Positions 1-11,697 of a stretch of DNA of 64,000 bases are shown piece by piece. The notes beneath the pieces were generated by a model that saw nothing but the letters and a program-made list of their open reading frames with translations, did no database searches and was not told the DNA's origin. The translations under genes were made by a program, and so were the position numbers. Numbering within the stretch: the stretch's first letter is position 1; each line of letters begins with the position of its first letter. Source of the stretch: Paramoeba atlantica (taxonomy: Eukaryota; Protista; Discosea); assembly GCA_977017575.1 (NCBI GenBank), contig CDRNVI010000103.1:68610-132609 (forward strand). Direction: 5' to 3'.

Positions 1-1134
1 ACGTTAACCGTGTTGTACAGCGAGGCAAGGACACATGACGGGGAACAATCGATTGTGATTATTGAGAAAGAACTTGGGAGTTCGCTCTCGTCGTATTTTA
101 CGAAATTTGAGAAGAATCCAATTGGTAGCGGTGCGATTGGACAAGCCCATGTTGCGATTTGGAAACCGGATGGTCGGAAAGTTGTGGTGAAAGTGATGCA
201 TCCCGGGTGTGTGGAGACATTGGCGCGAGATATTTATCTGGTTAATGTGGTGGCGCGAACCCTTCATGGGTGTTTTTCCTCATTGCAAAAATGGTATCTC
301 CCGGAGACTGCCATGGCGTGGAGTAACTTGCTCGCGTCGCAGTTGGATTTTCGCGTCGAGGCGGATAATTTGACCCAATTTCGGGCAAATTTTGCACACG
401 TCCCGGAGATCCATTTTCCCGAGCCGCTGCACAGCACGCGTCAGGTTCTGGTTGAGACCTTTGCGCCCGGTCATCATGCCACTCCAGAACGACTTCAGCA
501 TTTACCCAAACACACAAAGGATGTATTAGCGCACATCGGGATGAATGCATTCTGCCAAATGCTTCTCCGGGATAACTTTATCCACTGCGATTTGCATCCA
601 GGAAATATTTTATTGGACACCTCGGATTTAAACTCCCCGACAGTAACTTTACTGGACGTCGGGTTAGTTCACCATTTAAGCTCCGAGCGGGAGGCAGATT
701 TGGTACAGCGCCTGGTGGCAGGTTTTTGCTACTGGAAGCCTCAGGAGATTGCCGAGACACTCTACGCGATGGGGACCCCCCAGTGGGCGAGCCAGGACGT
801 GTTTGTTCGTGATCTCTCCCAGATTTTGGCAACCTATCGCCCGAATGGACAGGTAGGGGAATATGCCGTGTTGGGAGACGTCCTGGAAAGTGTTTTTGGG
901 GTGATACGAACGCACCACGTTCACCTGGACGCATGTTTCGTGACAATGTTGTTCTCTGTGCTGTTATGTGAGGGGTTTTTAATGACGCTGAATCCATGTT
1001 TTAATGTGGCCCACAGTGCGGCGCCGTGGCTAGTTACAGAAGGCCATGTGAGTTTTCGCGTTTGGCGAAATTTGGCAAGACACGCATGGCGTCGCGTGCA
1101 AAATTATGTGGGGAGTACGCACGTGGTTGGGTAA
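1..1134 (+). CDS. ABC1/UbiB (ADCK) atypical protein kinase, 5'-partial (frame open at window start)
   Basis: IGSGAIGQAHVA, VVVKVMHPG, LDFRVEADN, FIHCDLHPGNI, LLDVGL motifs. Confidence 0.9.
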   Translation, partial: TLTVLYSEARTHDGEQSIVIIEKELGSSLSSYFTKFEKNPIGSGAIGQAHVAIWKPDGRKVVVKVMHPGCVETLARDIYLVNVVARTLHGCFSSLQKWYLPETAMAWSNLLASQLDFRVEADNLTQFRANFAHVPEIHFPEPLHSTRQVLVETFAPGHHATPERLQHLPKHTKDVLAHIGMNAFCQMLLRDNFIHCDLHPGNILLDTSDLNSPTVTLLDVGLVHHLSSEREADLVQRLVAGFCYWKPQEIAETLYAMGTPQWASQDVFVRDLSQILATYRPNGQVGEYAVLGDVLESVFGVIRTHHVHLDACFVTMLFSVLLCEGFLMTLNPCFNVAHSAAPWLVTEGHVSFRVWRNLARHAWRRVQNYVGSTHVVG

Positions 1135-1744
1135 AAATATTTTTTCGGAGGAAGGGTGAATGTGGCTTTTGTGAGGCTGTTTTTCATTACACTAGATTAG
1201 AAAAAATGTATTTACTTTGGGCTACTGATGGATAAAACTTTACTTTTTTGCATTTACATTGTATTTTATCTGGTGTTTGATTATAGAAAATGATGCCCCA
1301 GTTCCGATGCTCTTTTTTACTTACAAAGTTTTCTATAAAGTGTTTAGGTGATTCTAAACTACTTCTCTCCCCTCGATTAAGGCTTTTGAAATCGCATTAC
1401 GAAACTTTACTGACAAAGTAAAGAAGCGTATGAAAAGGTGATGTGAATTATGAACTGCATGTAATAGAAAGTTTGTTAAGTTAACGTTACTTCGAACGTT
1501 ATTAGGGAGATCATCATCCTCTTTACGATTGACAAAGAAGCATCTGCCTTCTATTTCGTAAAATGTGAATGCGAGTCGGATCCATCCTGACATTTCGGCT
1601 AAAAGTAACGCTTAAATTATCCAATTTTTTTGAGTAACAAAAACTTTAATGTTATGATCAAACGCGTTCGCATTTTAACACAAGAATGCATACATGTTAT
1701 TATGTGCAGCGCATCTCTGTTTTGCTCTTACCTGGTTCTATATA

Positions 1745-1960
1745 AACCATGTTCCAAGATAGCATACCCATGCCCACTTAGTATACCTAGTAGGTATAGT
1801 AAGTGTCCCAAGGTCACTTAGTATACCCCCCCCTCCTAGCAACAGGAGCGTGAGACGTGCCTTTTTTAGAAGCGACAGAGCAACTTTTCTAGCAATCACG
1901 CGGTAGAAAATCGCATTTTAAGGTCAAGACACCATTTTTCTAGGAACTACAGATAAGAAA
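1745..1960. mobile_element. Partial copy of MITE family H
   Basis: Starts TA|AACCATGTTCCAAGATAG; shares terminus and ~150 bp internal block with 28900-29537. Confidence 0.65.
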
Positions 1961-2169
1961 TTATAAATAATTTCTATTATAAAAATTATTAACTGCCACT
2001 ATGGAAACGGGTGATGGGAAAGTGGGTAAAGGGACAAGGGAAAGTCGATAAAGGGAAAGTGAATAAGTGGAAAGTCGCTGACGGGAAAGCGGGTACGTGG
2101 AAACGCGTTAAGGGGAAAAAGTGGGTAAGATACGGGAACGTTAAGGAATGAAGTAGGAAAGTCATAGTA

Positions 2170-2800
2170 GATTAAAAAAAAGTTACAATTCGTACTCTTC
2201 CCCCCAATTATTTGCAAAAAAAATAGGGGACAGCGAGGGAAAGAAGCGGGCAAAGTTTGGGAAGGCGGGGATGGATGCTCGGGGGGGGGGGGGAGTGAGG
2301 GAAAGAAGCGGGTGAAGTCGGGAAGTCGAGGATGGTTGCTCGGGGGGTTTGAGGGAGAGAATCGAGCGAAGTTGATAACGGAGAAGTAAAGTAAGTAGGA
2401 AAGTAAGTAAGAAAGTGATACAGTACATACATAAAAAGTTAGAACACGTACTCTTCCCCCCCTATTAATCGCAAAAAAAACCTTGGCGCGACGGCGTCTT
2501 TGCGCTTCGCCTCCTCCAAGTCTCCCACCCTCGTACAGCAACCTAAAGTATCTTATACTGCTAACGGGGTGGGAGCGGAGGTTCTGGACCACATGGGCGC
2601 CCGCGCGGACGAGTTGGTATAGGGTACGAGGTAAGGAAGGGGGTGGATGAGAGGGTTAAGGGAAAGTGGGGAGTAAGTACGGTGAAGTGGGGAGATTAAG
2701 TACGGTGAAGTGTGAAAAGTGTGCGAAAGTGTTCGAAAAGTAGATAAAAACGTTAAACTCAATACTATTCCCCCCAATTATTTGCAAAACAAAATATACC
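2170..2800. repeat. Degenerate ~270-bp tandem repeat with purine/G-rich spacers
   Basis: TACT(C/A)TTCCCCC..TT...GCAAAA block recurs at ~2195, ~2450, ~2763. Confidence 0.5.
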
Positions 2801-2976
2801 TTTTATTTTGTAATGATTCAGACCCCCCGTTTAAACGCATTTTTCACGGAAAACGAGGTGCGCTTAAACGGAGGGGGGACAGTATTTAGAACCATGGTTT
2901 GATATATACCATGGTTATAAACCACCCAAAAATTTATAAACTGTGCGCTAACTTCTATTATATTGTCTTGCACAAC

Positions 2977-3840
2977 ATGGATTTCGTTTTTCTCTCCGAC
3001 ACCCAAAGTCCGCCAAACAAGCGCAGAAAACAATCTCAAAGCCCGTCCAACGCAGATGAACGATCACAGTTTAAAAGCTCACGTCCAATGAGAGTCCGGC
3101 GAGCGAACATGCCACAAGAATATGAGCTGTCTCGATTCATTGAAGACGTCAACAACACAGACGTTTCTTGGAAAACGTCAACACCTGCTTGCTCCTGGAA
3201 AGGCATAACTTGCGATGATGAATTGCGTGTCAAAACTCTTGTGTGGGAAAAGCTGGAGCTTTCTGGTCTATTGAAATGGGAAAGGCTTCCACAGACCTTG
3301 AAGACAGTTTTTCTTGCTCTGAATTGGTTTACAGGACGTGCGTGTTTGGAGGCCTTGCCTTCGGGGCTTATTTTCATGAGGATTCAAGGAAACCGATTTA
3401 TAGGCAGCATAGATTTGAAGCATTTGCCAAGTACGCTAGTGGCACTCGAGGCTCAAAATAATATGTTTGAGAACCGTGTCGAATTATGTCAACTGCCTCC
3501 TGGGCTCGTGGCTCTTGATCTTTCTTACAATAATTTATCAGGGGAAATCAACTTTTCGTCTTTGCCCTCGAAATTGGAGCTCCTTTATTTATCGTCGAAT
3601 AATTTCACGGGGGCGCTTGATTTGGAACATTTGCCGCCCTCGCTGAAAGACTTAGAAGTCGAAAACAACGATTTTTATGGTCCAGTGTGTCTTTACAGTC
3701 TGCCTAAAAGTCTACAAGTTTTAAATCTACATAACAACATGGCGCTGTGGGGTGAATTCGATAGCTCTGTTGTCAAAGCTTTGACACATCTGGATTGCTC
3801 GATGACGCAAATAGTTTACGAGGATCACATAACAGATTAG
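2977..3840 (+). CDS. LRR family protein (paralogue 1)
   Basis: RVRRANMPQEYELSRF, WKTSTPACSWKGITC cap, LxxLxLxxNxFxG repeats; start placed at MDFVFLSD. Confidence 0.9.
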   Translation: MDFVFLSDTQSPPNKRRKQSQSPSNADERSQFKSSRPMRVRRANMPQEYELSRFIEDVNNTDVSWKTSTPACSWKGITCDDELRVKTLVWEKLELSGLLKWERLPQTLKTVFLALNWFTGRACLEALPSGLIFMRIQGNRFIGSIDLKHLPSTLVALEAQNNMFENRVELCQLPPGLVALDLSYNNLSGEINFSSLPSKLELLYLSSNNFTGALDLEHLPPSLKDLEVENNDFYGPVCLYSLPKSLQVLNLHNNMALWGEFDSSVVKALTHLDCSMTQIVYEDHITD

Positions 3841-4214
3841 TTAGTAAAGCCAACCGTTGCTGTACTGGCAAAGTGTCGAAGTTTGTATTACCCCAGCACC
3901 CGGCGGAAAAGGTGGGTTACTGGTGAGAAAAGTTCTTTCCTTCGCTTATTTTCGTATATATATGACTGTTTTACAATAGCAGAAAGAGACAAACGATCAA
4001 GAGTATTCACGAATAGAGGATAAAACGATTTATCTCCTGCTTAATAGCACTTCTCGGCGATTTTTTACTGTATAGTTATTGGGGACTTACGACTAGAAAA
4101 GTGGTCCAGACTTTTGAGTGCCTTTGCTATGGTGTAATAACATTGGTCATTCGTATTCTGTATATTTAAACGTTAGTATAGGCACATTCACCGTATAGTT
4201 TAAGACGCTTTTTT

Positions 4215-5048
4215 ATGGACGTTCCATCGACTCGTACATCGAAAGTCAGTGTTGTGAATCTCCCACAAGAGTATGAACTCGAGCGATTTGTCCGAGATGT
4301 AGAAAATCCTTACCCATCATGGAGTGTCGATACAGCCGCCTGTATGTGGGGTATGGTACAATGTGACGACAGTGGTCAAGTGCGAAAAATTAATTTTTGG
4401 GGTAAAAAATTGCTCGGTCAGCTAAACTTGAGGTATTTGCCGAAGTCAATATTAAAATTTAGTGCAGGGGTGAATCGTTTTACAGGTGAAGCACACCTTG
4501 ACAATTTACCACCTCTACTATCCCACCTAGACTTGTGTTCCAATGGCTTTATTGGATCGCTAGAGCTGGCTTCTCTCCCTAGTGATATGGTCGAGCTCAT
4601 ACTTTATAAAAACAAATTTTCAGGTGATGTTTGTCTGAGTAGTCTGCCAGGTAAATTGAAAATTTTGGACCTTGGCAACAACGCTCTCACGGGAGCAGTT
4701 GATTTGGAACATCTTTCGAGCAGTATAGTGGAATTAATGCTAAACAACAATGAATTTTCTGGACCTGTCTGCCTGGAGCGCTTACCGCGTTTGAAAGAAC
4801 TTAATCTGTCCAATAATAAATTCACTGGAACGCCTGCGTTCGTGCATCTTCCTCAAACGTTGAGAGTCCTTCTTCTTTATAACAATCAGTTCGAAGGGTT
4901 TGTAAAACTCAATACCTTTCCACGTCGTTTGAAGTATTTCGAATTACACGGAAACCTTCATCTCTTTGGTGAGATTTATTATGGGCGACTTCCCGACAAC
5001 ATGAAGTCGCTGGAGATTGATTGGACAAATTTCAAGGAAGACTGGTAA
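4215..5048 (+). CDS. LRR family protein (paralogue 2)
   Basis: KVSVVNLPQEYELERF, ACMWGMVQC cap, ~8 LRRs. Confidence 0.9.
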   Translation: MDVPSTRTSKVSVVNLPQEYELERFVRDVENPYPSWSVDTAACMWGMVQCDDSGQVRKINFWGKKLLGQLNLRYLPKSILKFSAGVNRFTGEAHLDNLPPLLSHLDLCSNGFIGSLELASLPSDMVELILYKNKFSGDVCLSSLPGKLKILDLGNNALTGAVDLEHLSSSIVELMLNNNEFSGPVCLERLPRLKELNLSNNKFTGTPAFVHLPQTLRVLLLYNNQFEGFVKLNTFPRRLKYFELHGNLHLFGEIYYGRLPDNMKSLEIDWTNFKEDW

Positions 5049-5439
5049 CATACATGTATAGAAGTTGTACGGAAGACGGCAAAGCTCTTCGTTTGGGGAA
5101 CGAGATCTCTCGAATGCAACAAAAATAAACAAAAATGGACAACTGCAAAAATGAACAAAAAATCAAAATGCTGGGGTGTCTATAGAAGTCGTATGGATAT
5201 CCCACTCTTGCAACAATTTCATACACACAGGAAGGCATGGAAATCTTGGGATACTAAAATCCGTAAACTTTGACTTCTTCTGAGGTTAAAAACGGACCTT
5301 TTTTATCTACAATTCGTTCCACCCCGTCCACCATTTATTATCCCCAATATAAATTTATTTATGACCCCTTTTTTACACAAAAACAGTCTCTATTTCACAT
5401 TTTTACTTACCTCGTAATTACACACACACCACAACCTCA

Positions 5440-8400
5440 ATGTACGCCACGCCCACCTCCCCGAACACCCCACGTTCCCGCGTACATCGCACCACCACCA
5501 CCACCACCACCACCCTGTGGCTCTGTGCCACCACCCTACTGCTTGGCTACGGTAGTCTTCTCCTCTCCCCGTCCACGCGCCCCTCCCTTCCCTCTCTCCA
5601 CGCCGTCGACGAGTACTTCCAAAACGAATTCGGACAAGCCATGACGGATGAGGACATGACCCGGGAGCTGCAGCACCACCCGGAGAGGTTCGGGGGGCAG
5701 GTGGGGCAGTACCCGATCCCCCCCGTGCAGGGCGGGGGGGGAGCGGGGGGGCGGGGGGGGCATGCCCCCCCGCAAGCCCACGGGTTCCATCCCTATGCCC
5801 CGCCCCAGCCCATGGGGGCGATGGGGAGAGGGGGTTTTGGAGGAGCAGCAGGAGGGGGTGGTTTTGGAGCAGGCCTAGGCCGCGGTAGAGGCCGAGGTTA
5901 TGTCCCGGAACCACAACCCCAGGTGTATGAACCCCCGCCTCAGCCGTATGTACATGAGCCTGTGCCGGCTCCCCAACATGAGGGTCCGTGGGATACGGAG
6001 CTCACGTTTGAACAACGTCAGGCGATTCTGCAGCGCGTGTGGGAGGAGAAGACGTTTGGGAACTTCCCGAATAAAGGCGCGCTGGAGATTTTTCTGCGTA
6101 AACAGTTTGCGAATGCCTCAAAGGAGCAAATGCAGCAACTCGCGGAGAATGTGATGGACAGTGATGACGATAGTGAGGAGGACAGTGACGAGGATGAAGA
6201 GGACAGCGAGGAGGGGAGTGGGGAAGAAAGCGAAGGGGAAAGTACGGAGGCGTCAGAGGCAGCAACCCCGATGGAAGACACTTCCAGCGACGCGCAAGTC
6301 GCGGCGGCACTGGCGGAAAGCTTTTCGGACGCCCCTGAGAAAAAAGACCATCCCGAGGAAAGTGCACAAGGCGCAGACGCGACCATGTCTGACGCGGACG
6401 CCGCCTTTGACGATATGGAGCTCACCGAGGCTGCGGCACAGAGTCTTGTCTCTGCCTCCATCGTCGCCTTACCCGCCCTTAACTTTGACGCCGCGGCTCT
6501 TGGAGTGGAAGTCTTCTCCGGATTCGTCCCTGAAACTCTTTCCGCCCGGCGAGCACAACTCGTCAGTGCGATCCCCGTCCCCCCTGAACTGCGTTACGTG
6601 CCGGAAAACATTCAGCCCTTTGATCCCTCTCAAAACTATGCGGTTTCAGCATCGAAGGAAAAATCAGCTGTTCAAGAAGGGGAAATCTCCTCTCACACCT
6701 CTCGCTCAGCGGCTGCGCTGGAAGAAGCGTTGCGAGAGGCCTCTTTAACCCCCGCTCAGGACCGCTACGTGATGCACGTCGCTCGTGCCCGACATCGTGA
6801 GGATCGGGGACGAACCAAAGGGAAAAGGTATCCTGACTTTTTAAAGGAATCCGAGCAGGAGGCGAAACGTGTGTTGGCGGCCGAACGCGTGCTTCGGGAA
6901 CAGTACAACTACCAGGTCCAACTGCAGCAGCCACAAGAGGAAGCCCAGAAGAAAGATGAAGGCGAAAAAGAGAAGCCCAACCCACCCGCAGCCTCCTCAT
7001 CCGAACCCAGCGCGAATGAACGGGTATTAGGCGAATACGGGGTCGCGGTTCTCGCGGCCCTACGTCGGGTTCCGGTTGTGCTCGACGGGGAGAACTACCT
7101 GCGTCTTCATCGTGTCCCGTTGTTGCACCAGGCCTCCTCTCGTGATCCTATGGGAGCCTACGGTGACTGGGTGCTCCGCACCGCCCAGGCGGTTCCCCAA
7201 GTGCTCTCGGCGGTTCGCTACCTTCGTCGTCACGCCCTTGTCCTTTCCCGGGACCTCCATGGGGAGGACTGGTCCGGGGCGTACGGCAGAGCGGCCGTGG
7301 ATACCGCATTCCATGCCCCGGCGATTGTTGCCGCTCTCTCCCTGCTCCACGCCCAGGAGGACCGGAGCGCGATTCCCGCGGTCCCCTCCGATGCCGCGGA
7401 ACTCGTCTCTGGGGTATTTGCCGAGGCCGTGCTGGAGCTCGCTAAGAATCAGGGAACCGTACAGCACATTTTGACGTACATGCGCGAACGACACTTTTTT
7501 CTTGTCAAACCCACGAGTGGTGGAAAGTTTGCCGTTCCGGTGGAATCGGACGCGCACAAGGAGGCGCAGAAGAAAAAAATAGAGCAGGAGAAATCCGTCC
7601 CCTCGGGGGATCCGGATGCGGAGAAAAAGAAAAAGCAAGAGGCGGCGGCGACCGAGGACGGGGGGAGTCAGAAAGAAGGTGAAACCACCCCGCTGGAACA
7701 GCTCTCGTTTACGGAGGTGCTTCGTCGGCTACGGGTCGCGATGGAGGACCACTTTGGGTATTATGACAACTCAAAGGCGGAGAACCCCGAGGGGTATCGC
7801 TGGGAGCAGAAAGGAAGCCAGCAATGGAGCTATGAGCGCCGCGAGGCGATTGCAAAAGCCCGGATGCGGCTACGCAAGCTGTTTGGCCTTGTCACGGATG
7901 ACCCGTTGCAAATCTCCACGCTTGCGGGAACCGGGGAGGCGATTTTGGGTATTGCCGGGTGTCTACTCCCTCCCGAGGGAACCCCCGAGTTGCGAGCCAT
8001 TGACGAGATGCCCGAGGAAATCGACAACGCCCCCTATCCCACACATGGTCACAAATACGTTGCAGGAGGTGAGGAAGAGGAAAGCTCTTCTTCTTCCTCC
8101 TCAAGCGAGCACGAGCACAAAAAAGAATCCGCCCCCTCCTCTCACCCCCATCAACCCTTTGCGGTCTACAAACAAGAAGGGCAAAAACAAGAAGAGGAAG
8201 GCACCGAAACGAACCCAGACCCCGACAGCGACACCCCCATGGATGAGGACGAGGAGATTCGTGCTACCATGCGTATGTTATCCGGGGGGATGCATGCTGC
8301 CCCTGCCGTGAGTTCTTCAATGGCTGGATCCTCTTCTTCATCCTTTGCCCGTCCACATCCGAAACGGTCCCATCAAATCTCATCCAGCTCTCGCGCCCAT

Positions 8401-9651
8401 GGCGCCATGGACTATGAGAAACTCTTAAGGGGACATGGGTTGGATGGGGAAGAGGACGATGATGAAGAAGAAGACCTCTATGGCGGCCATGGGGATCACG
8501 ACGACATAGAGCACTGGCTACGGATGCAGCAGTCCATGGGGCCTCGACGAGGGAAAGGGGCCATGGCTTCTTCTTCTGCAGGTTTCGCTTCGGCCCCGGG
8601 AAAACGGGAAGAGTCGTCTTCGTCGTCTCGTAAACGGGATCGAATGGACAGAGGGGGGGGCATGTTTGGAGGCATGGCAGGAGGAGGCGGGATGGATTTC
8701 CAAACCTTGCTGGGGATGCTAGGCGGGGGGGCTGGAGGGATGATGATGGGGGGAGCAGGAGGTGCTGGAGGTTTCGCTTCTCATCACCCCCACGCCGGGG
8801 GTCATGGGATGGATGCGGAGGAACGCATGATGCGACGGATGGGGGGAGGTGGTGGTCGTCATCCGCGAAGTATGGCGGGGTTAGGAGGGATGTCGGCGGG
8901 GGGACATTCCCATCATGGTATGGAGGGAGAGGATGAGGACGCGATGCTACGACTTGCGCAACAACGTTCGTTGAATGAACAACAGCAGGAAGGAGCCGCC
9001 GCCGCCGAGTCTCCCGCAGCCTCCTCGGATAACAAAAAACGGTTCTCCGACCCGGAACTCGCACGTCTCGCTGCCCATCCCCCACATAGTATTAAAGAAG
9101 AGGATTACCAAATTGATCTCTATGGCACTTTTGTGGTCGAGGCTGCGTATCTACTCGGCACCAAGGGCGTCGACGTCGGCGGGGGTCAAATCTATGGGGA
9201 CTACGGGCGCAATGTCATGGAGAGCGCCGCGGAGCGGTTATCCCCTCCTGAACTTGCCGAGCTAAAACGAAAAGCACAAGCAGCGGTACGACTGGAATGG
9301 TACCAACGCCGTAACGAGGCTCCGAGCGGAGGTATGATGGGAGGTATGATGGGTGGACATCCCTATGGAGGTGCCGGGATGGACCCCTATGGCGGGATGA
9401 ATATCTTAGGCGGCCATGTGCCTCACCCCGCGATGGGACACCATCATGGGGGACGCCACCATGGGACTCAGGGGGATGCGGTGATGGAGAACATGACTCC
9501 GGAGGATATTGAGAAGATGTTTGAGGTACAGGAACAGCGGGAGGCTCAGCAGAAGCAGGAGGCGGAGTCGCTGCGTGCCTCGGTGGAGCATTTGAAGTCG
9601 TCCGTGGAGGGGGAGGACGAGGGCGAAACTCCGCAACTTAAACAGGAGTAA
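5440..9651 (+). CDS. Large hypothetical protein with Gly/acidic low-complexity regions and UIM-like motifs
   Basis: 1403-aa ORF; DAQVAAALAESF and EDEDAMLRLAQQRSL resemble ubiquitin-interacting motifs; start uncertain (5440 or 5641). Confidence 0.75.
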   Translation: MYATPTSPNTPRSRVHRTTTTTTTTLWLCATTLLLGYGSLLLSPSTRPSLPSLHAVDEYFQNEFGQAMTDEDMTRELQHHPERFGGQVGQYPIPPVQGGGGAGGRGGHAPPQAHGFHPYAPPQPMGAMGRGGFGGAAGGGGFGAGLGRGRGRGYVPEPQPQVYEPPPQPYVHEPVPAPQHEGPWDTELTFEQRQAILQRVWEEKTFGNFPNKGALEIFLRKQFANASKEQMQQLAENVMDSDDDSEEDSDEDEEDSEEGSGEESEGESTEASEAATPMEDTSSDAQVAAALAESFSDAPEKKDHPEESAQGADATMSDADAAFDDMELTEAAAQSLVSASIVALPALNFDAAALGVEVFSGFVPETLSARRAQLVSAIPVPPELRYVPENIQPFDPSQNYAVSASKEKSAVQEGEISSHTSRSAAALEEALREASLTPAQDRYVMHVARARHREDRGRTKGKRYPDFLKESEQEAKRVLAAERVLREQYNYQVQLQQPQEEAQKKDEGEKEKPNPPAASSSEPSANERVLGEYGVAVLAALRRVPVVLDGENYLRLHRVPLLHQASSRDPMGAYGDWVLRTAQAVPQVLSAVRYLRRHALVLSRDLHGEDWSGAYGRAAVDTAFHAPAIVAALSLLHAQEDRSAIPAVPSDAAELVSGVFAEAVLELAKNQGTVQHILTYMRERHFFLVKPTSGGKFAVPVESDAHKEAQKKKIEQEKSVPSGDPDAEKKKKQEAAATEDGGSQKEGETTPLEQLSFTEVLRRLRVAMEDHFGYYDNSKAENPEGYRWEQKGSQQWSYERREAIAKARMRLRKLFGLVTDDPLQISTLAGTGEAILGIAGCLLPPEGTPELRAIDEMPEEIDNAPYPTHGHKYVAGGEEEESSSSSSSSEHEHKKESAPSSHPHQPFAVYKQEGQKQEEEGTETNPDPDSDTPMDEDEEIRATMRMLSGGMHAAPAVSSSMAGSSSSSFARPHPKRSHQISSSSRAHGAMDYEKLLRGHGLDGEEDDDEEEDLYGGHGDHDDIEHWLRMQQSMGPRRGKGAMASSSAGFASAPGKREESSSSSRKRDRMDRGGGMFGGMAGGGGMDFQTLLGMLGGGAGGMMMGGAGGAGGFASHHPHAGGHGMDAEERMMRRMGGGGGRHPRSMAGLGGMSAGGHSHHGMEGEDEDAMLRLAQQRSLNEQQQEGAAAAESPAASSDNKKRFSDPELARLAAHPPHSIKEEDYQIDLYGTFVVEAAYLLGTKGVDVGGGQIYGDYGRNVMESAAERLSPPELAELKRKAQAAVRLEWYQRRNEAPSGGMMGGMMGGHPYGGAGMDPYGGMNILGGHVPHPAMGHHHGGRHHGTQGDAVMENMTPEDIEKMFEVQEQREAQQKQEAESLRASVEHLKSSVEGEDEGETPQLKQE

Positions 9652-10173
9652 GGAGCTTCAGAATACGAAATTCGATTAAACTTTTGTCAGCGAATGTGAA
9701 ACTAGATTGTTAATGCTGAAATTGGTTTTTGCGAGACCCAGATTGGAGTCAAATAAATTTTCAGAGACTGTGGGTTTCGCTTTTGTTTTGCTTGATTTGA
9801 CGCCGCTATCGTGCCGTGCTGAGATGTATTAAATATGTGGAAACAGCGACGTTCTGCTAAAAATTATAATTTTCCTACTTAAAAACTACGCTTGGGTATT
9901 TCATCCCTTTCCATGATTATTTTCCTTTGTTTAGATTCGCGAAGATTCGAATGTATTTTTCTCTCTTCGCTTGAGTCAGAATTTTTACAAATGTATATTT
10001 GTGACCATAAAAATGAACTGTATTCCCTGGAACTTTTTTTTAATCATCTAATCCGAATCCATTAGCTTGTTTCCACTCATTTTTCGATCTTTTTACCTAA
10101 CCCTCCTTTTTACCTAACCCTCCTTATTTCTTATTCCTTATTCCCCTTTACATCCCCCCTCCCCCTCTCTTCC

Positions 10174-10785
10174 ATGTCCCCTCCACCCCCCACCCCCACC
10201 CCCTCCGTCTCCACCGCCCTCCTCTCCGCGGCCCACACCATCGAGCGCGCCCTGGACGACTCCCTCGCCGCCGATCTCCCCCCCTCCGACTCCCTCTCCG
10301 AGCTTCGCTCCCGTCGTCTGCACGAACTCCAACACATGGCGACCCGCAAAGCCCAGTGGCTCTCCAAGGGTCACGGGGGCTACGTGTGTATCAACTCTGC
10401 AGCTGAGTTCTTTCACGCGGCTAAAAATCACGAACGTGTGATCTGCCACTTCTCACGCTCCAGCACGGAGCGCTGTGCGTTGCTTCGCACCCATTTGGAG
10501 CAACTCGCCAAGGTCCACTTTGAGAGTTACTTTATTGAGGTGGACGTGGAGCGACTGCCGGGGCTGGCCAGCCGGCTCCGGGTCTCGATGCTGCCCACTC
10601 TAGGGTTGGTGGAAAAGGGGAATCTGTTCCACAGCGTGATTGGGTTTGATGAGATGGGTGGGGGGGATGGGTTTCGCACGGAGGCGTTGGGGAGGGTGCT
10701 GGGGCGGTATGGGATGATCAATGTGAAGGGGATGTTTTTTAGGGACGGGGAGGGGGCGGAGGAGGAGGGGGAGGAGGAAGAATAG
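10174..10785 (+). CDS. Phosducin-like protein 3 / TXNDC9-like thioredoxin-fold protein
   Basis: WLSKGHGGY, VICHF..RCALLRTHLEQLAKVH, LPTL, IGFDEMGGGDGFRTEAL. Confidence 0.9.
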   Translation: MSPPPPTPTPSVSTALLSAAHTIERALDDSLAADLPPSDSLSELRSRRLHELQHMATRKAQWLSKGHGGYVCINSAAEFFHAAKNHERVICHFSRSSTERCALLRTHLEQLAKVHFESYFIEVDVERLPGLASRLRVSMLPTLGLVEKGNLFHSVIGFDEMGGGDGFRTEALGRVLGRYGMINVKGMFFRDGEGAEEEGEEEE

Positions 10786-11189
10786 AAACAAAAAAGGGGG
10801 AGGGGGAAATACTGCCCCCCCCCTAGTTATCTGTCACCCCACCCCCCCTAGTTATCTGTCGCTTTTCGGTCCTAATAATAATGAAAGAAAAAAAAGGGTG
10901 GGGGGTCAGTAAGGTTGGAACGGTAAAGAATAAGATGCTTCAGTTTTCTTGATTACCGTCAAAGTACTTATCAATGGAATAAAAATCACTGGAATTAAAA
11001 TGAACGGAATATTAGAGATTTGGACCCGAATGGCCAAACCTCTGTTACTGGGGGGTATGCTTTTTTGGTGGAAAAAGACCTTTGTTCATGGGTGCGTTGA
11101 TTTTCTGCCCAAACAACCCCGCAACTACGACATTCGCTCCCGCGCAACCACCCTCACCCAGCCCAGCGATCCCCACCCGCTCAAACACC

Positions 11190-11697
11190 GGTTGTAAAAC
11201 TACCGCTCTACACTCGATTATTGAAAAAAAAGTGAACAAAAACAGTGAAAATATAAAGAGGAACACAGTAATATAATAGAAGAAAAAAATATAAAAGGGG
11301 GCTCCGGTGGTCCAAAACTGAAAAAAAAATTGAAAAAAATGGGGGGTCCAGGGGGGGGGTCATGGTCGAGCAAATTTTTTCGAAAAAATTAGTTTTCGAA
11401 AAAAAACCGCAGAAAGGGTAGCCGGGGTCTTGGCGCGCATTTTCCACCCCCCTACCCGGGGGTGACCCCCCCGCGTATCCGCAGGACGGGTCCGCCAAGT
11501 TCGGATTTTTTCTGAAAAAAAAATTTGAAAACAATTTCAACTTGGCGAAAAAAATGGCAAAAAAAATATTTTTCCAAAATCGTTTCCCCTATTGTATTTT
11601 GATAGTTTGTGACCTACACTAGCTTTCTCCGCAGTTGTTTTCGCAAGGTATCACTTCTTCGAACCGTGGTGCGCCCCTCAAAATGGCCCATTTTTGA
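11190..11697 (+). mobile_element. Repeat R, left ~510 bp (3'-truncated)
   Basis: Near-identical to first 500 bp of copies at 44781, 45691, 52440. Confidence 0.85.
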
